A stretch of 64,000 nt of DNA. Origin: Cyanophora paradoxa CCMP329 (lineage: Eukaryota > Plantae > Glaucophyta). The notes below the pieces were generated by a model. The model had not been told where the DNA came from, made no database searches, and saw only the letters and a list, made by a program, of their open reading frames with translations. The DNA lies in assembly GCA_004431415.1 (NCBI GenBank), contig QPMI01000235.1, positions 1 to 64,000 of the forward strand, in the 5' to 3' direction. Below, piece after piece: positions 12,670 to 25,272 of this stretch. The translations under genes and the position numbers were made by a program. The first letter of the stretch is position 1. The number at the start of each line of letters is the position of its first letter.

Positions 12670-14191
12670 TCAAGAAGGAGTCGTGGGGCAGGGCGACGAG
12701 GCAGAGCGGCGGCGGGCCGGCGTCGACCGAGGCTCGCGGAGGGCCATGGGCGACGGGGCGCCGCGGGGCGCGAGCGCGGGAGAGGAGACGGAGGCGCGAC
12801 GCGGCCGCTTGGCCCACGCCGCGTGGGCAGGCGCCGTGATCGCTCGGTACAGGCCGCCCTCGCCCTCGCCGCCGGCGCCGCGCGCGCCCGCGCCGGGCGT
12901 CCCGGCGGCCGCGAACGCGCGCGCCGGGACGGGCGCGTTCCTCGCGAGGTTCCAGCGCCGCATCTGAGGGGCGGGGTCAGGTCCAAGCGGAGCGGGATTG
13001 GGCCCAATCGCACCGCCTCGGCCTGCGCGAGGAGCTCCTCGGGGGCCGCCCGCCGCGCCAGGATGCGCAGATCGTTGTCCCTGCGCCGCTCCCTGCGCAT
13101 GCGAGCGAAGGTCCGAGGGCGCGGGTGAGGCTCGGCGCGCGCGCGCGCGGAGGCCGGGGCAGGAACCGCACCGGCGCATCTCGCGCTCGGTGAGGCCTCC
13201 GGCCGGCCGGCGCCCGCGCCGCCCCGCGAGGGCCCTCAGCATCCGCCACGTCACCGCGCCTTCTCACTGAGATCTAGAGCGCTAGCTCGAGCCGGCTCGT
13301 GATCAGCTGTCGTCTCTAGGTCGATGAGGCTGCTTGTCAGCCGCCCGCTTCTCTCGGCTGGTCCTCAGCTCGTCCTTTCCATCGCGCAGCTCGTCGGCAT
13401 CTCCAGCTGCGGCTGCACTGTGCATTTCTCTCTAGCAGACCAGCCTGCGCCCGGGCGATAAGCCCTGCGGCGCGCCCGTCAGAGCGGAGAAGCGTGCGCC
13501 GCGGGCCCGGGGCGTGGGAGGGGCCGCGCACCTCCGTGGGGGCCTGACGTAGCGCTCGACGGACGAGACGGCCGCTCGACGGCCCGGCCCGGGGCGCGGT
13601 CCAGCAGGCGGACGAGGCGCTCCAGCGCGCTCGCCTCGAGCTCCCGCCCGACGAAGCCCGCCAGCCTCCGGTCCACCCCCGAGCCGGGGCCCTCCCCCAG
13701 GAACGCCTCGCTGCGCCCGCCGGCGTCGCGAGCTAGCGCTCGAGGTCAGCGCTAGCTATCAGCACGCAGCCACCTCAGCTGCAGCAGCAATCCAAGCCGC
13801 GGAGAGCAGAGAGCTTGAGAGGGCTCACGGCGTTTCGGAAGCGCGAGAGGGGCAGCAGCTCGTCGGCAACCGCCTTCCGGTTTCCACCTCTTGCACATGT
13901 ACACCAGCCTGCGCCCGGGCGGGAGCGACGAGGCGTGAGCGATCGAGCACCTTGACAGGCCGAATGGGCGCAGGGCGGCGCGCCGAGCTCTATTGCGCGC
14001 ACCGGGCAGGGACGAGGGTCTGCGAGAGCTCGATCGCGAGCAGGATCCCGGAGGCAGCGGAGCACTTGCCGGAGGATCTCGTCGGGCAGGCAGCTGATCA
14101 TGAAAGGCGCCCCTCCGGACGCCGCTGCAGACCCCGAGGAAGCCGCGCTCCATGCGCCCGCCGGCGTCGGGCCGAACGACGCGCCGTGCAT
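12670..14191 (-). pseudogene. Decayed F-box gene, copy 1 (5' part of an FBH1-like F-box helicase gene)
   Basis: F-box-like SCLPDEILRQVLRCL...CKRWK with frameshifts; homologous to the three other minus-strand copies; distal boundary approximate. Confidence 0.55.
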
Positions 14192-14365
14192 CGCGGCGCG
14201 CCGCTTCTGCGCAGCTAGAGTCGCAGCGCCGGATCCTCTGCTGGCTGCGCCGCTGTGGCAGCTGCTAGCGCTGTCGCCCGTTGGCGGTTACTCTCGCCGG
14301 CCGGGCTCGACTCCGGCCGGGCCGATCGAGCGTCGTACCCGGCGGCTGCGGCGAAATTCGGGCGA

Positions 14366-16291
14366 ATGGCGGCGAGGGAGCGGCCTTCGAAGCGCGCGAA
14401 GGCGGAGCTTGAAGACGGTGCGAACGGCGTGTACCGCACGCGTACGCGCATTTCGCCCGCGGACGTGCCAACTTTAAATTTCGCCCACAGCAGTATCACC
14501 GCCATGGCCACCGGCAGCTTCGAATTCGAATGCTCCGGAGCCGGAGGCAATCGGGCTCTCGCTCGAGCGTCTGCCGGGCGACTTGCTGTCGAGGTGCCGG
14601 GCAACAACCTCGATTCTTCCATCCGCGCGCTGCGCTCGAGCTCACGGTTTTCGCAGGATCTTGCAGCTCCTGCCGCTGAAGGAGGCGTTCCGAGTGCGGG
14701 AGGTGAGCCGAGCGATCCGCGACGCCGTTGAGGGCACCGCCTTCGACGGCGCGAAGCTGGACCTGGACGCCATGCGGACGGAAGAGCTCGAAGGACTCGA
14801 GCGGCTCGTGCGCGAGGGACGGCTCAAGGGCAGCGAGCTCCACATCAGCGTCAAAAGCGAGTGGGCGCCCTCCAGTCTCGGCGAGCAGCCGCACCGCCTC
14901 ATCGCGGCCCTCGCGGGGCGCTGCAGGAGTGTGCGCGTAAAGTTCGCACACTCCGTAGAGAACATCGTCGGTCAGCGCGTCGCCGAAGTGGTCGCCGCGC
15001 TGGCGCCGGGCGGGGCGGCCAGCCCGCTGCAGGAGCTCGCGATCGAGCTGCTCAGCAAGCAAGCGTTCTACAACCCGCGAGACGCTCTGGAGATACCGGT
15101 GGAACTCCTGGCGCCGCTCGCCGGGCTGCGGACCCTCCTGCTGCCCGATCTGCCGCTGAGCGTCGGCACGGCGGCAGGCATCGCGGCCCGCCTCCCCGCG
15201 CTGCGCTGCCTTCAGTTCTTCTACGGAAAAGATCAGCGCGGAGCCCTCAAGCGGCTTGGGCCCCTCTGCTTGGAGCGGCTCGTCTTACACACAGCTCCCC
15301 GCCCGGTGGGTGCCCTTTACTTTCCGAGAGAGAGAAAGCTCTTGACTTGAGTTATCGATACAGGGCGACGACTTCTGCGTGCGGCTCGGCGAGCTCTCCG
15401 GTACCCCCCTGGGGCGCTCCCTCCGCGAACTTCACGTCGAGTGCGTGGGCCGCCGGACCCCCCCCCCCCCCCCCCCCACCTCCCTCCCTCCATTCCAACC
15501 TCTTGGGCAGGGAGATGGTAGCATACACACACGGTTTCACGAGCTTGTCCTTTTCCGCGGACGACCTTGGCGCGCTCGCCGGCATGCCGCAGCTCGAGGC
15601 CGTCACGGGCTACGTGCGCCCGTACCCCCGCGGCGATGTCGCAGCCCGCGACCTCTGAGCGGCCCCCGCGCAGGTTGGTCTCATGAAAGACCTCGATGGG
15701 GCGGTGAGCCGCGGGCTGCAGAGCCTGTTGCGGGCCCCGCGCCTCTCCGTCCTGCAGCTGTCCCTCGAGGGCCCCGGTCCGACTATCACCTTCGAATTCA
15801 ACGCAGCCCCCGCGGGGGCTCTCGCCGCTGCCTTCTTAGGCCGCGATTCTTCCACTACTTTCAGCGCCGCCCTCGCCGCCGCCCTCGCCGCCGGCCCGCT
15901 GCACTCCCGCCTGGCCCTCGACCTCCGAGTCTCCTGCAGCTGGCGCGTCTTGGAACAGATCGTCAACGCAGGAGCCGGCCCCATCCTCCGCGGCGTCGAC
16001 GTCAACTGGGTCTCGCCGCATGCCGACCGCGCAGGTAGTGTTTCGGCGGCCCTCCTCCGCTGCACCCGCCTCGAGAGCCTCTTCCTCTGCGCCGAAGTCA
16101 TTAGCGAGGGCGAGTTGTCGGCCCTCGCCGCCGGCCTCGCCCCGCTCGCGGCCCTCCCGCCCCTCCCCGGCGGCCTCCGCTTCGAGGTCTTATTGCTGGA
16201 CAAAAAGCTCGCCGCGGAGGCGAACGCGTCCCTTTCCGCCGCCCTCCCCGCCGCCGCACTTTTTGTTCGCCGTGCAGGCACCTTTTCATAA
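14366..16291 (+). CDS. Multi-exon F-box/LRR(RNI)-like protein, copy 1
   Basis: Starts MAARERPSKRAK (NLS-like); intron-split F-box SLERLPGDLLS|RILQLLPLKEAFRVREVSRAIRDAV; LxxLxL repeats (LRTLLL, LRCLQF, LESLFL); short GT-AG introns. Confidence 0.7.
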
Positions 16292-16779
16292 TATCGTTGT
16301 AGGTCTCTCAAAGTCTGATAAGATTTTGCATACGTGCCAGACAGGGTCATACAACTGCACACAGTCCCCCGGTCCGCGTCTACCGGATACCGGCCATGGG
16401 ATGCCAGGGGCAGGGCCCGGGGGAGGAGGGAGGGAGTACAGGGTCGTACTAGCGGGGCGAGGCAGCGGCGGGCGAGGGGGCAAGGCGGGGGGTACCCGGG
16501 CGAGTGGGGGGGAGGGGGGGGCGAGTGGGGGAGGAACGGGGCGAGGCGGGGGGTACCTCCAGCTCCGGGAGGGGTACGCGCTCGGGTGCGGGGTCGGAGG
16601 AGAGGGACCGGAGGCGGGACGGGAGGGAGGCGCGGCGGTTGGCGCGGGGCGGCGGCCCGGCGCCGGTCTCCCCGCGCCTTGCCAGCTCGATCCCGGCCTC
16701 CGGCGCGGCCGGCACCAGCCGCGGTACCGCTCCGGCGCGGCAGGCCACGAACGCGCGCGCCGCCCGTCGGTGAGGCGGT

Positions 16780-18025
16780 AGCTGCAGCTACACAGCGGAA
16801 GCCGCGGCGTACCCCTCCAGCACCCCCGCGTACGCGATCACCTGCCCCCGGGGCGGCGGGACGGGCCCCAAGCACCTTGAGCAGCTCGCCGCGGGGCACG
16901 ACGGTGGCGACGATGGCGCGCTGCTCGGCGGTGAGGCCCGCCGGGTCCGCCCCTCCGCCCGCCCGCGCCCCCTGCTCCGCCTCGAGGACTCGCACCGCCT
17001 CCAGCAGGGCGTGCGCTGCCGGCGCCGTCGGCCGCGGGCCCCGAGCGGCGGTGGGCGGGCGGTGCGGGCGGCATCTGCAGCTGCAGCTGCACTGCGGCAT
17101 TTCTCTCTAGCTGGCGAACCAGCCTGCGCCCGGGCGATTAGCCCTGCGGCGCGCCCGTCGGATCGGAGAAGCGTGCGGGGCCGCGCACCCCGCGGCGGCG
17201 TGGCGTAGCGCTCGATGGCCGCGAGGAGCTGCAGCGCGTCGCCGGTGCGCCCGCAGAAGAGGCCGAGCGACGCGCACTCGCCGGGGCGGCCCCGCGAGCC
17301 CCCGGCGGGCCGCCCCAGCGCCCAGGCGGCCGCCCGCGCGGCCTCTCGCCGCCTCGCCGCGTTCTCGTCGCGCCCGCCCGCAGCCGAGCCCGCGATGCGC
17401 GCCTAAGAAGGAGGCGCTCCGGCACGGCCCAGCCCGGGGCGCGGTCCAGCAGGCGGACGAGGCGCTCCAGCGTGTTTGCCTCCCGCTCGACGAGGCCCGC
17501 CAGCCTCCGGTCCACCCCCGAGCCGGGGCCCTCCGCCAGGAACGCCTCCAGCTCCGCCATGGCCAGCCGGCGGCGCGTGTCAGCGCTAGCTAATAGCACG
17601 CAGCCACCGCAGCGATCTGAGGCGCGGATCCGGAGAGCAGAAAGCTTGAGAGGGCTCACGGCGTTGCGGAAGCGCGAGAGGGGCAGCAGCTCGTCGGCAA
17701 CCACTTTAAATTTCCACCTCTTGCACACCATGGCCAGCCTGCGCCCGGGCGGGGAGCGCGGGACGAGGCGCCCGGCGTGAGCGATCGAACTCCATGACAG
17801 GCTGAACGGGCGCGCGCGCGCGCCGAGCGCCAGTACGCACCGGTCCGGGACGAGGCTCTGGGAGAGCAGGAGGCAGCGGATCCGGAGCACTTGCCGCCGG
17901 AGGATCTCGTCGGGCAGGCAGCCGATCATGAAAGGCGATTCTCCGGACGCCGCTGCAGGCCCGGAGCGAGCCGCGCTCCATGCGCCGGCCGGCGCTGGGC
18001 CGAACGACGTCGACGCGCCGTGCAT
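16780..18025 (-). pseudogene. Decayed F-box/UvrD helicase (FBH1-like), copy 2
   Basis: F-box GCLPDEILR...LAMVCKRWK; downstream LTAEQRAIVATVVPRGELLK|intron 16842-16875|VIAYAG-VLEGYA, a helicase Q-motif/motif I region lacking TGKT. Confidence 0.6.
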
Positions 18026-18220
18026 GCGGCCCGCGGCGCGCCGCTTCTGCGCAGCTAGAGACGCAGCACCGACCCTCGAGCTCTGCTGGCTGCGCCGCTG
18101 TGGCAGCTGCTAGCGCTTTCGCCCGTTGGTGACTGCGCTCGCTGGCCGGGCCCGGCTCGTCTCCGGCGGGGCCCGTTCCGATCGAGCGTCGTACCCGGCG
18201 ACCGCGGCGAAATTGGGCGA

Positions 18221-20049
18221 ATGGCAAGCTCGGAGCTGCTTTCGAAGCGAGCGAGGGCAGAGCTCGAAGACTGTGCGAGCTTTGAGTCGCGCACGCGTAC
18301 GTGCACGCGCCCGTGCTGCCGCTCGCAATCAGACTCGCTGCGCCCACTCGCTTCCAGATGCCCACGAAGAAGCAGATGTCCAGGAAGCACCCACGACCTC
18401 GCTCGAGCGTTTGCCTGGCGACCTGCTGTCGAGGTGCCAAGCAACAACACCGATTCTAGATCTTCCGGTCCATCCGCGCTGCGCTCGAGCTCACGGGCCG
18501 CGCAGGATCTTGCAGCTCCTGCCGCTGAAGGAGGCGTTCCGAGTGCGAAAGGTGAGCCGAGCGCTCCGCGACGCCGTCGAGGGCACCGCCTTCGACGGCG
18601 CGAAGCTGGACCTGGATGCCATGTGGACGTGCACGGAGAAGCTCGACATACTGGAGGAGCTGGTTCGCGACGGGCGGCTCAAGGGCAGCGATCTCAGCGT
18701 CAGCATTATGCGCGAATGGAAGCCTTCCAGCATCGGCGCGCAGCCGCTCCGCCTCGTCGCGGCCCTCGCGGGGCGCTGCAGGAGCGTGCGCATCATAGTC
18801 AACTCCTCCCAGCTGCAGCACTCCGGAGAGCACATCTTCAGTCAGCGCGTCGCCCACGTGCTCGGCGCGCTGGCGCCGGGCGGGGCGGCCAGCCCGCTGC
18901 AGGAGCTCGAGCTACTCAGCACCGAGTACGAGTTGTGCAACCGACGAGCAGTCCTGGAGATACCCGCGGGGCTCCTGGCGCCGTTCGCCGGGCTGCGGAC
19001 CCTCCTGCTGCCCGATCTGCCCCTGAGCGTCGGCACGGCGGCAGCCATAGCGGCCCGTCTTCCAGCGCTGCGCTGCCTTCAGTTTTTCTACAGGAAAGAG
19101 CAGCGCGGAGTCCTCAGGCCGCTGGCGCCCCTCTGCTTGGAGCGGCTCATCTTACACACAGCTCCCCGCCAGGTGGGTAACCTCTTGACCTCTGGAGAAT
19201 TTTTCGTTAATTCGATTTTACAGGGCGACAACCCCGGCTTGCGCCTGGACGAGCTCTCCGGTACCCCCCTGGGGCGCTCCCTCCGCAAGCTCCACGTCGA
19301 GTGCGCGTGTCTCCGTACCCCCGTTCCCTTCCCTTCTCATTCCGACCGCTTGGGCAGGGAGGTGGAAGCATCACACAGTCACACCTCGTCCTTTTCCGCT
19401 GACGACCTGCACACGCTGGCCGGCATGCCGGAGCTCGAGGCCGTCACGGGCTACGTGCGCCCGTCCCCCCCGCGGCGATGTCGCAGCCCGCGATCTCTGA
19501 GCGGCCCCCGCGCAGGTTTGTCTTAAGGAAGACATCGGTGGGGCGGTCAGCCGTGGGCTAGAAAACTTGCTGCGGGCCCCGCGCCTCTCCGTTCTGCAGC
19601 TGGCCCTGGTAGGCCACGATTCGACCGCGGCTCTCAACGCGGCCCTTGTCGCCGCCCTCGCCGCTGGCCCGCTGCCTTCCCGCCTGGCCCTCGACGTCCG
19701 AGTCTTCTGGATCGACTTGAAACGGATCGTCAACGCAGGAGCCGGACCCATTCTGCGCTGCGTGGACGTCGACTTGCACGACTTCGACGCCAATGTGTGC
19801 GCCGACGTGTTCGCGGCCCTCCTCCGCTGCCCCCGCCTCGAGGGCCTCGTCATCCGCGCCTTAGTCCGCGGCGTGGAGGACGCCGCGCGCTTTGCCGCCG
19901 GCCTCGCGCCGCTCGCGGCCCTCCCGCCCCTCCCCGGCGGCCTCCGCCTCGAGGTCGTCGGGCGCGAGGGAGTGGCGGCGCGGGCGCGGGCGGCCCTCTC
20001 CTCCGCCCTCCGGATCCCCGCAGCGGCCCTCGCGATCGGCTTCGGTTAG
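18221..20049 (+). CDS. Multi-exon F-box/LRR-like protein, copy 2
   Basis: Paralog of 14366-16291 with the same F-box and exon layout. Confidence 0.7.
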
Positions 20050-20369
20050 ACGGGCCTTGGGCTCAGCTAGCGCTCAGATCGGTTCGATATCTGAAATCTG
20101 CTCAGCGTCCGCCGCTGCATGCGCCGCTGACCATGGGGTCGAGCCATGGCCCCGACTTATTGTACTTCGGTTACCCACGTGCACATTGAATATTCGACTT
20201 GTACCCTTTTCCTGATACTATGATACTTGGCTGCTATGTGGCCACTGGCCATGGCGCAGCTGGTTGACGTTGAATGAGAAAATCACAAAAGAGATATCGA
20301 TATGCATATGTCGAGCGCGAGGCTGAGGCCTCGGCTCGAGCGGGGCGGGGCGGGGCGGGGCGGCGGGTC

Positions 20370-21409
20370 CCAGGCACCTTGAGGAGCTTGCCGCGGGGGA
20401 CGCGTACGACGGTGGCGACGATGGCGCGCTGCTCGGCGGTGAGGCCCTCGGGGTCCGCCCCCTCCGCCCCCTCCGCCCCCTCCGCCCGCCCCGCGCCGCC
20501 CCGTCGGATCGGAGAGGCGTGCGGGGCGGGCCCGGGGCGTGGGAGGGGCCGCGCACCCCCGCGGCGGGCCTGGCGTGGTCCTCAATGGCCGCGAGGAGCT
20601 GCTTCGCGTCGCCGACGCGCCCGCAGAAGAGGCCGAGCGCTGCGCACTCGCCGGGGCGGCCCCGCGAGCCCCGGCGGGCCGCCCCAGCACCCAGGTGGCG
20701 ACCGCCCGCGCGGCCTCTCGCCGCCTCGCCGCCGCCGCCGCCTCGTCGCCCCCGCCTGCGGCCGAGCCCCGGGCCCGCGAGGCGCGCCTCGAAGTCGGGC
20801 AGGAGGCGCTCCGGTCCGGCACGGCCCAGCCCGGGGCGCGGTACCGGTCCAGCAGGCGGACGAGGCGCTCCAGCGCGCCCGCCTCCCGCTCGACAAGGCC
20901 CGTCAGCCTCCGGTCCACTCCACCTCCAGGAACGCCTCCAGCTGCGCCCGCCGGCGGCGCGCGCTAGCTGGCGGCGCGCAAGGTCCGCGGCCGCAGCTGC
21001 GATCCGAGGCGCGGGGAGCAGAGAGCTTAAGAGGGCTCACAGTCGACGTCGGCACGTCGACTCGGCGTTGCGGAAGCGCGAGAGGGGCAGCAGCTCGTCG
21101 GCAACCGCCTTCCACCTCTTCCACACCAGCCTGCGCCCGGGCGGCGAGCGCGGGACGAGGCGTGAGCGACCGAACACCGTGACAGGCTCAATGGACGCAG
21201 GGCGGCGCGCCGAGCGCCAGTACACACCGGGCCGGGGCGAGGGTCTGGGAGAGCAGGAGCTCGAGGCAGCGGAGCACTTGCCGGAGGATCTCGAGCTCTT
21301 CGGAAAGGCAGCTGATCATGAAAGGCGCCCCTCCGGACGCCGCTGCAGGCCCCGAGAGAGCCGCGCTCCATGCGCCGACCGACGCCGAGCCGAACGACGC
21401 GCCGTGCAT
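20370..21409 (-). pseudogene. Decayed F-box/UvrD helicase (FBH1-like), copy 3
   Basis: SCLSEELEILRQVLRCL and LTAEQRAIVATVVRVPRGKLLK segments; frameshifted and truncated. Confidence 0.55.
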
Positions 21410-21589
21410 CGCGGCGTGCCGCTTCTGCGCAGCTAGAGACGCAGCGCCGGATCCTCTGCTGGCTGCACCGCAGTGGCAGCTGCTAGCGCTTTTGCCCGTT
21501 GGTGCCTACTCTCGCCTGCCGGGCTCGACTCCGGCGTGGCCCGTTCCAGCTTGAACGTTGTACCCGGCGACTGCGGCGAAATTGGGGCA

Positions 21590-23533
21590 ATGGCGCGCTC
21601 GCGGCCGTCGAAGCGCGCGAGGAAGGAGCTTGCAGACGGTGCGGGCGTCCTGTCACGCATGCGCACATGCCTGTATTGCCCCTCGAAATCTGAGTCGCCC
21701 AACCGACCGCAGGGCCGTCAACCGCAGCACCAGACCGTCAAGCAGCTACTCTCCCTCGAGCAATCTCCTTCTCTCGAGCAATCTCCCTCGAGCAGCTGCC
21801 CGGTGATCTGCTGTCAAGGTGCCGAGCGCCAACGTCCGCTCTCGACTCGGCCGCAGTCTCGGCGAGCTCACGCGCCGCGCAGGATCTTGCAGCTCCTGTC
21901 GCTGAAGGAGGCGTTCCGAGTGCGGGGGGTGAGCCGTGCGATCCGCGACGCAGTCGAGGGAACCGCCTTCGACGTCGACGCGGCAAGCTGGACGTGCTGT
22001 GTCGGGCAGGGGAGCAGTGGGGCGTGGCGCTCGACAGCTTGGAGCGGCTAGTGCGCGGCGGCCGTCTCAAGGGCAGCGGGCTCAGCGTCAGCGTCGAGTG
22101 TTCGGAAAAGCTCGAGCTCTCCAGCCTCGGCGCGCAGCCGGTGGCTCTGCTCGCGGCGCTGGCGGGGCGCTGCAGGAGCGTGCGCGTTAAATTCAACTTT
22201 TTGAATCCACCCGAGCTCGTCTTGCGGTGGCACGTCGTCGACGTGCTCGACGCGCTGGCGCCGGGCGGGGCGGCCGGGCCGCTGCAGGAGCTCGAGCTGC
22301 TTAGCACCGGCGACATCGGGTCCTCCCTCCCGGAACTTGAATCTCCTTCGATCCTTGACTTGCCGGAGGAGTGCCTGGCGCCGTTCGCCGGGCTGCAGAC
22401 CCTCCGCCTGGCGCCCGATCTGCCCCTGAGCGCCGGCACGGCGGCAGCCATCGCGGCCCGCCTCCCCGCGCTGCGCTGCCTTCAGCTGCGCTACGACCAG
22501 TTCCTCTCCGGAGTGCTCGCGGAGCTCGGGCCCCTCCGCCTAGAGCGGCTCGTCCTGTGCCCCGGCCCCGACAGTCGCCGTGCCGGCTCCCGCATGGTGG
22601 GTACTCCCAACTCTCCGCCGCGGCTAGTGCTCCGCAGATTCCCCCTGATCCTTTTTGTAATTCAGAACATCTGCCGCAATTTACGCCTGGAAGAGATCGC
22701 CGGTACCCCCCTCGGGCGCTCCCTCCGCGAGCTCCACTTCGAGTGCGCTGCCGTACCCCCGTCGAGCTTCGATGCAGCTCAGACGAGGCTCGGCAGGGAT
22801 CTGGCGGAGCCCCTCAGGCGCCGGTCCATGTTCCCGTTTAGGCAAGTCATCCCGGGGGGCGACCTTCGCGCGCTCGCGGGCATGCCGCAGCTCGAGTCCG
22901 TCACTGGCTTCCCTTGCGTGCGTCTCTGAGCCTTTCGCCCGGCCCTTCCGTCCTTCTGAGTCTTGCGCCCACCGCCCGCAGCTCTACGTCGCCCCTTACG
23001 ATGATCACGAGCTCGGGCTCCTGCTGCGGGCCCCGCGCCTCGCCTCCCTCCAGCTGGACGCCCCAGACCTAACGTGGAAGGCCCTCACCAACGCCCTCGC
23101 CGCCGGCCCGCTGCCCCCCCGCCTGGCCCTCGACCTTCGCTCAGCATCGGCGGAGGTCCTCACCGCCGCCAGCCCCGTCCTGCGCACCCTCGAGCTGGGC
23201 CTCCCGGACCGCGGGCCAACGGCCGAAGTGCGCGCGGCCCTCCTCCGCTGCACCCGCCTCGAGAGCCTCCTCCTCCGCGCCCAAGTCGTGTCCGAGAGCG
23301 AGTTGTCGGACCTCGCCGCCGGCCTCGCCCCGCTCGCGGCCCTCCCGCCCCTCCCCGGCGGCCTCCGCCTCGAGGTCCGAATGTGGGCTCTGCGTCACGA
23401 GGAGCTCGCGGCGCGGGCGAACGGGCCCATCTCCGCCGCCCTCTTGGCGGGCTTGGCGTCCCCGACGCAGGCAATGGAGTCCCTCTCCGCCGCTCTCCCC
23501 GCCGCCGCGATTCAAATCCGTTTCGAGGGCTAA
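21590..23533 (+). pseudogene. F-box/LRR-like protein, copy 3 (frameshift at ~21971-21984)
   Basis: Paralog; 14 nt replaces 9 nt after GTAF (GACGTCGACGCGGC), shifting the frame; could be an assembly error. Confidence 0.6.
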
Positions 23534-23799
23534 TTACTAAGAGTTCCAGTCCCCGCTTTGCGCCTACCGGATACTGGGATGCCGACAAGAGGAGATAGAT
23601 CTAGATGATCCATGATCATAAGGCTGGCAGCAGGGGGGCCGCGCGGCCCGCCGCCGCCGTCGGGCCGCGGGGGACTCGGAGTACGGGGTACGAGGCGGGC
23701 GATGGGGGGAGGAATGGGGGAGGGGAGGGACCTCCAGCTCCGGGAGGGCCCCGGACAAGCGGAACGCTCGGGAGGGAGCCGGGGCGGGAGGGCGGCGGG

Positions 23800-25134
23800 C
23801 GCGGGGGCGTCGCGGGGCGCGAGCGCGGGGGAGGAGACGGAGGCGCGCCGCGGCCGCTCGGCCCACGCCGCGCGGACGGGCGCCGCGATCGCTCGGTACA
23901 GGCTGCACCCGCCCTCGCCGCCGCCGCTACCGCCGCCGCCGCCGCCGCGCCGGGCGTCCCCGGCGGCCGCGAACGCGCGCGCCGCGCCGCTCGCGTTCCT
24001 CGCGAGGTTCCAGCGCCGCACCTGAGGGGCGGGGTCGGGTCCAAACGGAGCGAAATCGTGCCCGGCCGCACCGTCTCGGCCTGCGCGAGGGGCTCCTCGG
24101 GGGCCGCCCGCCGCGCGAGGATGCGCAGGTCGTTGTCCCGGCGCCGCTCCCTGCGAGAAGGGTCGGCGAGCGCGCGCGCGGAGGCCGGGGCGGGGTCCGC
24201 ACCGGCGCATCTCGCGCTCGGTGAGGCCCCCGGCCGGCCCGCGCCGCCCCGCGAGGGCCCTCAGCATCCGCCCCGTCACCGCGCCGTCTCACTGAGATCT
24301 AGAGCGCTAGCTCGAGCCGGCTCATAATCAGCTGTCGTCTCTAGGTCGATGAAGCTGCTTGTCAGCCGCCCGCTTCTCTCGCCTGTTCCTCAGCTCGTCC
24401 TGTCCATCGCGCAGCTCGTCGGCATCTCCAGCTGCGGCTGCACTGTGGCATTTATCGGGCGGGGCGGGCGGGCGGGGGGCGGGCGGGCGGGCGGGCGGGC
24501 CTGTTGTAGCATATGTATACGTATACGTAGAGGAAGCGCTGCCCGGGGCGGGCGCGGCGTTCTCCTCGAGCACCCGCGTCTTCCGCTCGCCGCCGCTCCC
24601 TGCGAACGAACAATGGCGCGCGGAGGCCGGGGCAAGGGCCGCACCGGCGGACCTCGCGCTCGGTGAGGCCGCGCTAGCGCTGAGGCGGCAAGGACCTCGG
24701 CCGCAGCAGCGATCCGAGGCGCGGAGAGGGGTAGCTTGAGAGGGCTCGCGGCGTTGCGGAAGCGCGAGACGGGCGCGGCAGCAGCTCGTCGGCAACCGGT
24801 ACGTATACCGGTACCGCGGCCGCCTTCCACCGGTACCTCTTGCACACCAGCCTGCGCCCGGGCGGGGAGCGCGGGACGAGGCGTGAGCGATCGAACACCA
24901 TGACAGGTCGAATGGGCGCAAGGCGGCGCGCCGAGCGCAATCGCGCGCACCGCGCCGGGACGTCGACGAGGGTCTGGGCCGGATCCGGAGGAGGAGGCAG
25001 CGGAGCACTTGCCGGAGGATCTCGTCGGGCAGGCAGCCGATCATGAAAGGCGCGCCTCCGGACCCCGCTGCAGACCCCGAGGGAGCCGCGCTCCATGCGC
25101 CGACCGTCGCCGAGACGAACGACGCGCCGTGCAT
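23800..25134 (-). pseudogene. Decayed F-box gene (FBH1-like), copy 4
   Basis: GCLPDEILRQVLRCL; shares the RWNLARNA exon and downstream sequence with copy 1; distal boundary approximate. Confidence 0.55.
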
Positions 25135-25272
25135 TGGGGCGCGCCGCTTCTGCGCAGCTGTAGCAGCTGCTAGCTATAGCGCTTTCGCCCGTTGGTGGCT
25201 ACCCTCGCCTGCACCGGGCTCGACTCCGGCGGGGCCCGTTCGATCGAGCGTCGTACCCGGCGACTGCGGCGA

